From: an uncultured Anaerolineales bacterium
GTDB taxonomy: Bacteria; Chloroflexota; Anaerolineae; Anaerolineales; UBA11858
Reading direction: 5' to 3'
Assembly (NCBI GenBank): GCA_964603385.1
Contig: CAZRUS010000012.1
Location: forward strand, 3,738-67,737
Length of the DNA: 64,000 bases
Shown here: in pieces, positions 18,848 through 28,363 of the stretch
How positions within the stretch are numbered: the stretch's first letter is position 1
Layout of the letters: the number at the start of each line of letters is the position of its first letter
Translations under genes and position numbers: made by a program
The notes under the pieces: generated by a model
Told to the model about the DNA's origin: nothing
Databases searched by the model: none
Seen by the model: only the letters and a program-made list of their open reading frames with translations

Positions 18848-20587
18848 ATGAAGTCTGTAGGTAGGGCCTTAAAGTTTTTAAAACCCTACCGGCTTCCCAC
18901 TCTGGGAGCGCTGGTGGGTCTTTTTCTTGTCAATGCAGCCAACTTACTTACCCCTCAGCTGTTGAGAATCCTGATTGATCAGGGGATCACTCAGCTGGAG
19001 ATGGCCATTATCTGGCAGATCTCCGGGGCGCTGGTTGCCTTGGCGTTGCTGCGCGGAGTGTTTAATTTTCTGCAGATGTACTGGTCTGAGATCACCTCGC
19101 AGGGGGTGGCTTTTGATCTGCGGAATTTAATCTTTGAAAAGCTGCAGAACCTGAGTTTTTCATATCATGATCGGGCCCAGACCGGAAAGTTGATGACCCG
19201 GATAACCTCCGATGTCGATATGGTCAGGATGTTTGTAGGGCGGGGCATTGTCATGCTGCTTTCGGCGGTTGTCATGCTGGCAGGGACAACCGCTCTGCTC
19301 TTGAGTATGAACTGGCGGCTGGCATTGGTTGTTCTGGCGGTGATTCCGATCATCCTGCTGCTGTTCCTGGTTTTCATCGGCAGAATTATCCCCGCTTCCC
19401 GGCGGGTCCAGCAAAGGCTGGCGGAGTTGAATACCATCTTACAGGAAAACCTTGCCGGAATGCGGGTGGTCAAAGCCTTTACACAAGAACTCTATGAGAT
19501 TGAGCGCTATCAGCGGAAAAATCAGCATCTTAAAGAAGAAAACTTGCAGCTGGCCAAGCTGTTCTCGAAGCTCTTCCCCATCGTTTTTGGCGTGGCTAAC
19601 CTGGCTACCGTTGGGGTGGTCTGGGTGGGCGGGATCCAGGTGATTGGAGAGCAGCTGACTCTGGGCCGTTTGGTTGCATTCATTGGCTATATCAATTATC
19701 TGCTGATCCCGGTTTTCATGATCGGGATGATCGGGTCCATGCTTTCCCGGGCTGAAGCCTCTGGAGAGCGGATTTTTGAAGTCATCGATGCCCGGTCAGA
19801 AGTGGAGGAAAAACCGCATGCGGTGGTCCTGCCTGCGCTGCAGGGGCGGGTGGTATTTGATCAGGTTAGTTTTCGTTATGCAGGGGGACAGGAAGATGTC
19901 CTCAAGGATATTTCTTTTACCGCTGAACCCGGCGAAACAGTGGCCATTCTGGGCCGGACCGGGTCAGGGAAATCATCGATCATCAATCTCATCCCCAGGT
20001 TCTATGATGTCACCCGGGGAAGGGTGCTGATTGACGGGATCGATGTCAAAGATGTCACCCTGAATTCCCTGCGCAGCCAGGTGGGGATCGTTCTCCAGGA
20101 GAGCACCTTGTTTTCCGGCACCATCCGGGAAAATATCGCCTACGGCCATCCAGAAGCGGACTTTGCTGAGGTGCGAGCGGCTGCAGAAGCCGCCCAGGCG
20201 GATGCATTTATTAGCGCTCTTGAGGAGGGGTATGAGACCCTGGTAGGGGAAAGAGGAGTGGGGCTGTCCGGTGGTCAGAAGCAGCGCGTGGCTATCGCCA
20301 GAGCGCTGCTGATTGATCCCCGGATCTTAATTTTAGATGACAGCACCTCCTCCGTGGATGCTGAGACCGAATACTGGATCCAGCAAGCTCTGGAAGAGCT
20401 CATGCGGGGAAGAACCAGCTTTGTAATTGCGCAGCGAATCAGCACCGTCCGGAAAGCCGATACCATCCTTTTACTGGAAAAGGGCAGATTAATCGGACGG
20501 GGGACCCACCAGCAGCTGCTTTCTGAAAGTGAGTGCTATGTGAATATATTAGAAACCCAGCTCCAGCGCGGGCAAGAGGGGAGATAA
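18848..20587 (+). CDS. ABC exporter, fused permease/ATPase (MdlA/type I exporter half-transporter)
   Basis: 6-TM domain plus Walker A GRTGSGKSS, signature LSGGQKQR and Walker B ILILDD. Confidence 0.9.
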   Translation: MKSVGRALKFLKPYRLPTLGALVGLFLVNAANLLTPQLLRILIDQGITQLEMAIIWQISGALVALALLRGVFNFLQMYWSEITSQGVAFDLRNLIFEKLQNLSFSYHDRAQTGKLMTRITSDVDMVRMFVGRGIVMLLSAVVMLAGTTALLLSMNWRLALVVLAVIPIILLLFLVFIGRIIPASRRVQQRLAELNTILQENLAGMRVVKAFTQELYEIERYQRKNQHLKEENLQLAKLFSKLFPIVFGVANLATVGVVWVGGIQVIGEQLTLGRLVAFIGYINYLLIPVFMIGMIGSMLSRAEASGERIFEVIDARSEVEEKPHAVVLPALQGRVVFDQVSFRYAGGQEDVLKDISFTAEPGETVAILGRTGSGKSSIINLIPRFYDVTRGRVLIDGIDVKDVTLNSLRSQVGIVLQESTLFSGTIRENIAYGHPEADFAEVRAAAEAAQADAFISALEEGYETLVGERGVGLSGGQKQRVAIARALLIDPRILILDDSTSSVDAETEYWIQQALEELMRGRTSFVIAQRISTVRKADTILLLEKGRLIGRGTHQQLLSESECYVNILETQLQRGQEGR

Positions 20588-20589
20588 CC

Positions 20590-22434
20590 ATGCGTCACGG
20601 TATGCGGCGGGTGGCTGAAAGCCCCTCGGAAAGAGCCCAGAATCAGCGCCGGGTGATCATTCGTCTGATCAGGAGGTTGAGGCCGTACTGGCTCCCCGTC
20701 GCGGGAGCTTTTGTGATGGTGATCATCAGTGCCGGCATGACCGCTCTGGGGCCAATCCTGATTGGTCGGGCGACAGATCAATTCATTGCCGCGGGAAACC
20801 GGGGGGGATTGTCCCGGACCATGTTGATGCTTGCTGGAGTTTATCTGGTGAGCATGCTGGCCACCAGATTCCAGATCTACTGGATGTCCTGGGCCGGACA
20901 GCACTTGCTGGCAGATCTGCGGGAAGAGCTGATGGAGAAAATTGAAACCCTCTCCCTGCAGTATCTGGAAGGAGAAGAGTCCGGGGATATTATGAGCCGG
21001 CTGGTCAATGACATCGATGCCATCAATACCATCATTGGGCAGGGATTAATTCAGGCTATTGGCGGGATTTTCTCCTTGCTGGGCATCGTCATTGCCATGT
21101 TTGCGCTCCATCTCAGCCTGGCTCTGGCAGCACTGTCGGTTGTTCCTCTGATGATCTTCGCCACGGGTAAGTTTTCCGAGTGGTCGCGCAGCGCTTTCCG
21201 GAGAACCCGCCAGACCATCGGTGATGTCTCAGCAGATCTGCAGGAAGAGCTTTCCGGGGTTAAAGTCGCCCAAGCCTTCAATCGGGGAGGAGACAACATC
21301 ACTGCTTTTGCGGAGAAGAACGCGGCCAATCGGGATGCGAACATCAGCGCCAATGCCGTCACCTCCGCATTCTCACCGGTGATGGATTTACTGGGGACGC
21401 TTGACATTGCCTTTGTAGCGGGCCTGGGCGGCTTCCTGGCCATTCAGGGCGCGATCACGGTCGGTGTCGTGATTTCCTTCCTGCAGTATGTGAACAATTT
21501 TTCCCGACCCATCCGCATGGTGACCCAGATTTGGACGCTGGCTCAGTCTTCGCTGGCGGCTGCAGAGCGAATTTTTGAACTGATTGATCTCGAGCCGGAT
21601 ATCAAAGCGCATCCCGAAGCAGAAGAGCTTAAAGATATTCAGGGAGGAATTGTCTTTGCTGCTGATCGGGACAGCAGCGGGGTGACCTTCGGCTACGATC
21701 CGGAACAGCCTGTGCTCTGCGATATTGAGCTGGAGATCAAGCCGGGCCAGACGGCCGCCCTGGTAGGCCCTACAGGGGCGGGAAAGAGCACCCTGGTCAG
21801 CCTGATCCCCCGATTTTATGAAGCCACCCGGGGGAGGGTGCTGGTCGATGGCAGAGACGTCCGGGATGTCACCCAGCAAAGCCTGCGCTCCCAGATCAGC
21901 ATGGTTCTCCAGGAGCCTTTTTTATTCTCGGGAACAATCATGGAAAACATCCGTTATGGAAAAAGAAAGGCTGGCGATCAGGAAGTGATCGAAGCAGCCC
22001 GGGCGGCGGAGGCGGATGATTTTATCCGTCGACTGCCGGAGGGGTACCAGACCGAGGTGGGAGAAAGAGGAGGGCTGCTCAGTCAGGGGCAGCGTCAGCT
22101 GGTTTCCATTGCCAGAGCCATCCTGGCTGATCCCCGGATCTTAATCCTGGATGAAGCCACATCCAGTGTGGACACGCGTACAGAGCTGCTCATCCAGGAA
22201 GCCTTAGCACGCCTGCTCAACGGTCGGACCAGCATTATCATTGCCCATCGATTAGCAACGGTTCAAAACGCAGATGTGATATATTCTATGCAGCAGGGAC
22301 GGATTGTGGAGCGGGGAGACCATCACCAGCTGCTTGATCGGGAGGGTCTTTACGCTGAGCTGTACCGGCGCCAATTCTTCGTCCCTGGGGACGGGCAATC
22401 AGGACCGCAGAGAAAATCGGAGGAGAAACAATAA
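20590..22434 (+). CDS. ABC exporter, fused permease/ATPase (MdlB-like partner)
   Basis: Walker A GPTGAGKST, signature LSQGQRQ and Walker B ILILDE. ATG at 20590 lies just after the upstream stop. Confidence 0.9.
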   Translation: MRHGMRRVAESPSERAQNQRRVIIRLIRRLRPYWLPVAGAFVMVIISAGMTALGPILIGRATDQFIAAGNRGGLSRTMLMLAGVYLVSMLATRFQIYWMSWAGQHLLADLREELMEKIETLSLQYLEGEESGDIMSRLVNDIDAINTIIGQGLIQAIGGIFSLLGIVIAMFALHLSLALAALSVVPLMIFATGKFSEWSRSAFRRTRQTIGDVSADLQEELSGVKVAQAFNRGGDNITAFAEKNAANRDANISANAVTSAFSPVMDLLGTLDIAFVAGLGGFLAIQGAITVGVVISFLQYVNNFSRPIRMVTQIWTLAQSSLAAAERIFELIDLEPDIKAHPEAEELKDIQGGIVFAADRDSSGVTFGYDPEQPVLCDIELEIKPGQTAALVGPTGAGKSTLVSLIPRFYEATRGRVLVDGRDVRDVTQQSLRSQISMVLQEPFLFSGTIMENIRYGKRKAGDQEVIEAARAAEADDFIRRLPEGYQTEVGERGGLLSQGQRQLVSIARAILADPRILILDEATSSVDTRTELLIQEALARLLNGRTSIIIAHRLATVQNADVIYSMQQGRIVERGDHHQLLDREGLYAELYRRQFFVPGDGQSGPQRKSEEKQ

Positions 22435-23291
22435 TGGAAATTGCACTGGCTTTGGGCGGGGGAGGCGCTCGCGGAGTAGCCCATCTGGGCGTCCTCCGGG
22501 CTTTAAAGTTGGAAGGCTTTGACATCAAAGCTGTAGCGGGCACCAGCGCGGGAGGAATGGTCGCTGCCATATACGCTGCCGGTTGGAGTCCAGAGGATAT
22601 TATCGAGGAATTCAGCAAGATCAATCAGGATACGCTGTACAGCTTCGGTCGAGGGCCAGCCCTGCTGGGTATTAAAGGGATTACCCAGGCCATGGAAAAC
22701 TTTATTCAGGAAGAGACCTTTGCGGATTTGCAGATGCCCTGTGCCCTGACCGCTGTCGATCTCAGTGATATGCGGGAGGTTACCTTAAACGACGGACGTG
22801 TACTTGATGCCGTAATGGCAACGATCGCCATCCCGGGCGTGTTTCCACCCCGGAAATGGGGGGATACGCATCTTGTGGACGGCGGTGTACTCGATCCGGT
22901 ACCGGTAAAAATTGTTCGCTCCCTGGCCCCAGATCTCCCTGTGGTTGCTGTTTCTCTCTCTCCGCGGCCAGAAAAATGGAAGGATCTGGCCCATATGGAA
23001 AAAATCATCGAGACACCGTTGCTGAAGCCCATCGCCAACCTGCGGGTGGCGCAGGCTTTTGATATTTTTGTCCGTTCCATTGAAGTGATGACTCACATGC
23101 TTTCGGACAGTCGGTTGAAGCTGGAAGAACCTGCGGTGGTCATCCGGCCGGATGTCGCCCATATTGGCATCCTGGATAAAGTGAATATCAGGGAAACTGC
23201 TTCTCTGGGTGATCAAGCGGTCCTGGAAGTTCGGGAGGAACTCGAAAAATTAAAGAAATCATCCAGAAAATCCTGGAAACTGTTCGGATAA
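22434..23291 (+). CDS. patatin-like phospholipase
   Basis: GGGARG oxyanion motif, GTSAG nucleophile elbow and DGG catalytic Asp. TAATG overlap with the ABC gene. Confidence 0.85.
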   Translation: MEIALALGGGGARGVAHLGVLRALKLEGFDIKAVAGTSAGGMVAAIYAAGWSPEDIIEEFSKINQDTLYSFGRGPALLGIKGITQAMENFIQEETFADLQMPCALTAVDLSDMREVTLNDGRVLDAVMATIAIPGVFPPRKWGDTHLVDGGVLDPVPVKIVRSLAPDLPVVAVSLSPRPEKWKDLAHMEKIIETPLLKPIANLRVAQAFDIFVRSIEVMTHMLSDSRLKLEEPAVVIRPDVAHIGILDKVNIRETASLGDQAVLEVREELEKLKKSSRKSWKLFG

Positions 23292-23320
23292 ACAGCCCAG
23301 GATTCCTCACAGATATCAAG

Positions 23321-24487
23321 GTGAATGACTGGCCGATGAATAACAAATCAACAGGGTTCCAGCGAAGATGGAACTCTATCCTATCAGCAGTATTTCTGCT
23401 GGCGGTATTCGGCGGTTGGGGAGCTGTTCAGCCTGCCGGAGCTTCTGACCCGGTTGTCCGGGCGGTTCTGTTTTACTCTCCACAGTGTCCTCACTGTCAG
23501 ATGGTCCGGGAGACTGTGCTGACGGAATTGGAAGGAAAGTATGGGGGAAGCTTCCAGCTGCTGGAGATTGACACCAGCACCGATGCGGTCGAATTCTATT
23601 TTTCAGCGGTGGAGTTCTTGGATATTCCTCCTGAAAAGCAGGGAGTCCCCACTATCATCATCGGTGAGGAAATATTGGTTGGAAGTCATGAAATCCCGGA
23701 ATATCTTCCCGAATTGGTAGCAGAGGGACTGGATGCGGGTGGAATTGATTGGCCTGATATCCCCGGCATTGAGGAATACCTGCCCTCAGCCGCTCTTCCT
23801 CAGGTAACAGCACCTGCGTCTCTCCCGCCGGTAGCAGCGGAGACCGGGCCGGATAGCACACAGGAAACACCGGAAATCACTCCCGGGAATAGGCCACCAG
23901 AGGAACTACAGCCGGGGTTGCAGGAAACCATAACGACCCGATATCGCAGGGATTTTGTTGGCAACACTTTATCCGTTCTTGTTCTGGTGGGTATGCTGGC
24001 TGTCCTGCTGGCGTCCGGCACCCGGCTGTTCAAGCCTGATCCCAACCGGCAGCGCTGGCCGGCCTGGGTGATCCCCCTCCTCTCCGCCGCAGGGCTGGCA
24101 GTTGCCGGGTACCTTTCTTTTGTAGAAGTGACCCAGGCAGAAGCAGTCTGCGGCCCGGTCGGAGACTGCAACACGGTGCAGCAAAGTCCCTACGCTGTGC
24201 TGTTTGGATTCCTGCCCGTGGGGGTATTTGGCCTGCTGGGGTATATAGCCATCTTGGCAGCCTGGTTGATCTATCGGTTCAGCTCCGGTTGGGTGCAGGA
24301 GTATGCCGGTCAGGGGCTGTGGATGATGACTTTTTTTGGTCTGCTCTTTTCCATCTACCTGACCTTTTTAGAGCCCTTTGTCATTGGGGCCACCTGCGCC
24401 TGGTGCTTGAGCTCGGCTGTGATCATCACCGTCCAGCATCTCGCTGCTACCAGTCTGGTGGAATCCAGCTGGGCAGAATCAGCCTAA
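23321..24487 (+). CDS. thioredoxin-like (CPHC) domain fused to a vitamin K epoxide reductase (VKOR) membrane domain
   Basis: Signal anchor, SPQCPHCQ, a Pro/Glu-rich linker, then VKOR loop cysteines CGPVGDC and active-site CAWC within TM helices. Confidence 0.8.
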   Translation: MNDWPMNNKSTGFQRRWNSILSAVFLLAVFGGWGAVQPAGASDPVVRAVLFYSPQCPHCQMVRETVLTELEGKYGGSFQLLEIDTSTDAVEFYFSAVEFLDIPPEKQGVPTIIIGEEILVGSHEIPEYLPELVAEGLDAGGIDWPDIPGIEEYLPSAALPQVTAPASLPPVAAETGPDSTQETPEITPGNRPPEELQPGLQETITTRYRRDFVGNTLSVLVLVGMLAVLLASGTRLFKPDPNRQRWPAWVIPLLSAAGLAVAGYLSFVEVTQAEAVCGPVGDCNTVQQSPYAVLFGFLPVGVFGLLGYIAILAAWLIYRFSSGWVQEYAGQGLWMMTFFGLLFSIYLTFLEPFVIGATCAWCLSSAVIITVQHLAATSLVESSWAESA

Positions 24488-24533
24488 GGGGAAGCGAAGT
24501 CTGAATAACAAAACTGACCCTGATGTCCGAAAT

Positions 24534-24731
24534 TTGCGGAAATACGCCAGGCGAACAGAATTTCGACTGGTGATGGGCTTTTTGCTGCTGGTCTTTGTGG
24601 TGGGAGAGGGATTGATCTATATTTTCTACGGTCGGTATGCAGCTCTATTGGGCCTGCTCTGCCTGCTGGGCACCCTGGTCCCGGCGGCCCTGGTGTGGGG
24701 GATCTTCTGGCTTCTGGAGCGGGTGAGATAG
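24534..24731 (+). CDS. possible small two-TM membrane protein
   Basis: Hydrophobic 65-aa ORF (non-ATG start; internal ATG at 24573). No homology recognised, so this is weak. Confidence 0.25.
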   Translation: MRKYARRTEFRLVMGFLLLVFVVGEGLIYIFYGRYAALLGLLCLLGTLVPAALVWGIFWLLERVR

Positions 24732-24803
24732 GGAAGATACGGGACAGGAAGCGGGCAGTGTCTGGGACCCAGGACAGGGTTTCCTTCTGTTGGAAAACCG
24801 AAC

Positions 24804-25292
24804 TCAATCCAGCTGAATGCCCAGGTCTTCCAGGATATAGCCGACAACCAGCGGGATGGCTGCGGCAACGGCCGGTGTGGGGGATTCGTTGAATTCCAGA
24901 ATGTTTTCTACTTCTACAGCGTAGATAATAAATTCTTCCGGGATCTGATAGCCGAGATGTTCAGCTGCATCCAGAGCGGTGATCAGGGAAGTATCATGGG
25001 CGCTGGTGCTGTGCTGGGTAGGACTGCGCATGCGGAGATCTGCCAGGGTCAGCCGGTGGATCCTGCCGGGTTGGGTCTCTTGCTCTTTCAGGTAATAGGC
25101 ATCCACCAGAATGACCCGGTCAAAGCCCAGCATCGTCTCCATCAGACGGAGTCCACCCACGCTGGCCTCGGTGATGGTCAGCTCGGGGTGAGCCTTGAGG
25201 TCGATGATTTCTTCCAGGCGGTAAGCTACCTTGACGCCTACGCCGTCATCGGTCAGGATGGGATTGCCCAATCCGATAATGATTGTTTTCAT
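24804..25292 (-). CDS. [NiFe]-hydrogenase maturation endopeptidase (HycI/HoxW/FrhD family)
   Basis: MKTIIIGLGNPILTDDGVGVKV N-terminus. ATG at 25292 is preceded by GAAGGTAG. Confidence 0.85.
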   Translation of the reverse strand: MKTIIIGLGNPILTDDGVGVKVAYRLEEIIDLKAHPELTITEASVGGLRLMETMLGFDRVILVDAYYLKEQETQPGRIHRLTLADLRMRSPTQHSTSAHDTSLITALDAAEHLGYQIPEEFIIYAVEVENILEFNESPTPAVAAAIPLVVGYILEDLGIQLD

Positions 25293-25308
25293 AGCTACCT
25301 TCAAACAA

Positions 25309-25349
25309 AGTAACCAGTTCCCGGCTGTTAAGACCGTTCCCTGGTTACT
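25309..25349 (-). other. intercistronic stem-loop between mvhA and the protease gene
   Basis: 9-bp arms AGTAACCAG / CTGGTTACT with a 23-nt loop. Confidence 0.25.
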
Positions 25350-25382
25350 CTTTTAGGGCTTGTTTTTTTATTCTACCAGCTG

Positions 25383-26870
25383 TCAGTCGATATACTGGGT
25401 CAGGGTTTCCAGCAGATTCCCTTCGGCATCCTTGATTTCGAGTTCCAGCGGCATCTGTCCGGGCAGGGAGTGGGTGGCGCAGGACATGCAGGGGTCATAA
25501 TTCCTGAAGGCCATTTCCACTTGATTGAGCAGTCCCTGATTGACTTCCCCGTTCTTGATCAGCCCCTGAGCGGCTTTCTTGATCGACATGGCGATGGGAG
25601 CGTTGTTGTTTGTGGTTCCCACGACCATGTTGACGTCGGTGAGGATGCCATTTTCATCCGTTTTGTAGTGGTGGGTAAGCGTCCCCCTGGGGGCTTCCAC
25701 GCTGCCAACGCCTTCAGTGGGGGTATTGGTGACCACCTGGCGGACGTTTTGATCCATGATTTCGTCGTCTTCGACCAGCTCTACCATGCGCTCGGCGGCG
25801 TAGAGCAGTTCGATCAGGCGGGCCCAGTGGGTGGCCAGACGGTGGTGCACCGGCTGGTAGCGTCCATTGGTTTTTTCTGAGCCCAGCGTTTCGTAGAATT
25901 TTTCGAAAGCTTCCTGGGCTTTGGGGGTAGCCATCCCATCGGCGGCGTTGAGCCGGGAAAGCGGGGTGGCGCAGTAAACGCCGCTGTCCTTTCCGTCCAC
26001 GAAACCCTTCCAGCCAACATCTTTCAGGTAGGGGAACTTCAGGTAGGACCAGGGCTCCACCCGCTCAGCAATGTGATCAGCATAGTCTCTGGCCGGGTAC
26101 TTGGTCAGCTCCTTGCCGTCAGGCCCGACCACCCGGATCATACCGTCATAAAAGTTGGTCTTGTTTTCATCATCGACGGTGCCCATGTAATAGGTTTCAT
26201 GGGTGAAAGCGTCGGAGACGATCAGATCAACATAGTCCTGATTGCCGAGCACGACATCATCAAAGAGCTCCAGGCTGAAGAGGCCAAATTCAACGTTTTG
26301 TTGAGAAAACTGGCGGATTTGCTCGCGTTCTTCCTCGGTCATGGCCTTGCTCCAGCCGCCGGGAAGACCGGCAACAGGATGGATGCCGCGGCCGCCCAGC
26401 ATCTGGATAATTTCATGGTTGCGTTTTCGGCATTGAATCACCTTCTGACCAATTTCCAGACCGACCTTGTGGATCACGCCCAGGATATTGCGCTCTGCCG
26501 GGTCGGCATCCGGGCCGATGACAAAGTCTGGTCCGCCCAGCGCATAGAAATGGACCGTGTGGTCTGTGACGTAAAACGCCGAATAAAACAATTCCCGGAG
26601 TTTCTTGACTGCGGAGGAAGGTTCGACGTCGAAAAGTTCATCCAACGCCTTGGTAGCCGCCATGTGGTGAGCTTCCGGGCAGACTCCGCAGATCCGGTTG
26701 GTGATGCGGGGCATTTCCTCAGCTGGACGTCCGATGGAAAACTGCTCAAAACCGCGCAGCTCAGGAATCTGCAGGTAAGCGTTGGCCACATTTCCTTCCT
26801 CATTGAGGAAAATTTCTATTTTGCCGTGACCTTCCAGTCTGGTGATGGGATCAATCGTTATTCGTTCCAT
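25383..26870 (-). CDS. mvhA: [NiFe]-hydrogenase large subunit, group 3c (MvhA-like)
   Basis: N-terminal RICGVCPEAHH and C-terminal DPCMSCATH Ni-Fe ligand motifs. Confidence 0.9.
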   Translation of the reverse strand: MERITIDPITRLEGHGKIEIFLNEEGNVANAYLQIPELRGFEQFSIGRPAEEMPRITNRICGVCPEAHHMAATKALDELFDVEPSSAVKKLRELFYSAFYVTDHTVHFYALGGPDFVIGPDADPAERNILGVIHKVGLEIGQKVIQCRKRNHEIIQMLGGRGIHPVAGLPGGWSKAMTEEEREQIRQFSQQNVEFGLFSLELFDDVVLGNQDYVDLIVSDAFTHETYYMGTVDDENKTNFYDGMIRVVGPDGKELTKYPARDYADHIAERVEPWSYLKFPYLKDVGWKGFVDGKDSGVYCATPLSRLNAADGMATPKAQEAFEKFYETLGSEKTNGRYQPVHHRLATHWARLIELLYAAERMVELVEDDEIMDQNVRQVVTNTPTEGVGSVEAPRGTLTHHYKTDENGILTDVNMVVGTTNNNAPIAMSIKKAAQGLIKNGEVNQGLLNQVEMAFRNYDPCMSCATHSLPGQMPLELEIKDAEGNLLETLTQYID

Positions 26871-27889
26871 TAGGCAGCTCCTTTTCCGTTCTTCACCCGC
26901 TGGAGGATGGAGTGGGACATGCTGAAGCGATAGAAGGTGCCAGACGGATCTGCAATGGTGTCTACAGCTTCCTGGATGATTTCCTCCAGTTTGTCTTCAT
27001 CCATGGTTTCATTGCCAGCGTCTATGACGGAAGCAATTGCCGAGAGCATTTTTGCGCCCTGATCCTCGACATCATCCGTGGGACCGTAGCAGCCCCGGCA
27101 GCCCATCCCCACGGTGGGGCAGAGGGCTCCGCAGCCTGCGCGGGTGGCGATCCCCATACAGAGGATGCCCTGTTCTAAGAGACACTGATCTGGATCGGGA
27201 TCAATTTCATAAGGGCGGTAAAAACGCTCAATTTTCTTTTCATTCTTGGTACGGCCGCATTCTTCACAAACGGCAACGGTGCCCGCGCCAAGGATGGATC
27301 CTGCCGGGGGCAGGGGCTTCCCCTCCGTCAGCGCCCCGACCACGACCTGCAGCACCGCCCAGATCTGAGGCGGTTCCGGAGGACACCCGGGCAGGTAGTA
27401 GTCAACATCGACCACCTGGTCCAGGGCTTTCACTGTGTGATAAAACTCGGGCAGGGTGAGCTCCCCTTCCGGCATATGAACCGAAGTCTGGGGCATGATC
27501 TGGTCCGGGTTTTCGATGGAGGGGTTGTTCTGATAGACTTTATCCAGGGTGGCTTCCCGGGTGGTCAGATTGGACAGCGCGGGAATGCATCCTTCATAGG
27601 AGCAGGAGCCGTAGGCCACCATCACCTTGGATTTCTGGCGCAGCAAATGCGCCATGTGTTCATTTTCGGAGTTGCGGATGGCGCCGTTGAAAAGACAGAC
27701 ATCAATGTGTCCGTCTGGGTAGCCTTCCACATCCTTGACTTTGAAATCGGCGATGCAGGGGAAGAAAGCGATATCAAACGCCTCATCGACAGCGAGAATG
27801 TTCTCGTGAATATTCAGAACAGAGATCTCACATCCCCCACAGGACGAAGCCCAATACATAGCCAGTTTGGGTTTTCCATTCTCACTCAT
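26870..27889 (-). CDS. mvhG: [NiFe]-hydrogenase small subunit (MvhG-like)
   Basis: WASSCGGCEISVLN proximal-cluster motif and multiple distal Cys clusters. TAATG overlap with mvhA. Confidence 0.85.
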   Translation of the reverse strand: MSENGKPKLAMYWASSCGGCEISVLNIHENILAVDEAFDIAFFPCIADFKVKDVEGYPDGHIDVCLFNGAIRNSENEHMAHLLRQKSKVMVAYGSCSYEGCIPALSNLTTREATLDKVYQNNPSIENPDQIMPQTSVHMPEGELTLPEFYHTVKALDQVVDVDYYLPGCPPEPPQIWAVLQVVVGALTEGKPLPPAGSILGAGTVAVCEECGRTKNEKKIERFYRPYEIDPDPDQCLLEQGILCMGIATRAGCGALCPTVGMGCRGCYGPTDDVEDQGAKMLSAIASVIDAGNETMDEDKLEEIIQEAVDTIADPSGTFYRFSMSHSILQRVKNGKGAA

Positions 27890-28351
27890 TTAGGCCTCCT
27901 TGACAGCTTTGAGGGCTGCACCATTCCCGCTCAGAACCTTTTCTGACCAGCGCAGCGGTCCCAGAGCGCGGACTTCTTCGGTCATGCGATCCACCGCAGC
28001 GGCCAGTTTATTGCCTTCCGAGGCGGAGGCCCACAGCAGCTGTACGCGTTGATCTTCGATCCCCCATTGGTTGAGGGTATTTTTCAGCAATGAAAATCGC
28101 CGCAGTGCCTTGATGTTCCCATTGACGTAGTGGCACTCGCCGGGGTGGCATCCAGCGATCAAAACTCCGTCCGCGCCGTGGCGGAGGGCTTTGAGCACAA
28201 ACTGTGGATCCACCCGTCCCGAACACATCACCCGCACCGGGCGCATGTTGGGAGCATATTTGATCCGGGAAGTCCCGGCAAGATCGGCGGCACGATAGGA
28301 GCACCAGTTGCACAAAAACCCGACGATCACAGGTTCAAATTGTTCAGTCAT
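27890..28351 (-). CDS. mvhD: methyl-viologen-reducing hydrogenase delta subunit (MvhD/FlpD)
   Basis: VGFLCNWCSYRAADLAG and IAGCHPGECHY motifs. Confidence 0.9.
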   Translation of the reverse strand: MTEQFEPVIVGFLCNWCSYRAADLAGTSRIKYAPNMRPVRVMCSGRVDPQFVLKALRHGADGVLIAGCHPGECHYVNGNIKALRRFSLLKNTLNQWGIEDQRVQLLWASASEGNKLAAAVDRMTEEVRALGPLRWSEKVLSGNGAALKAVKEA

Positions 28352-28363
28352 TATATCCTCCCG

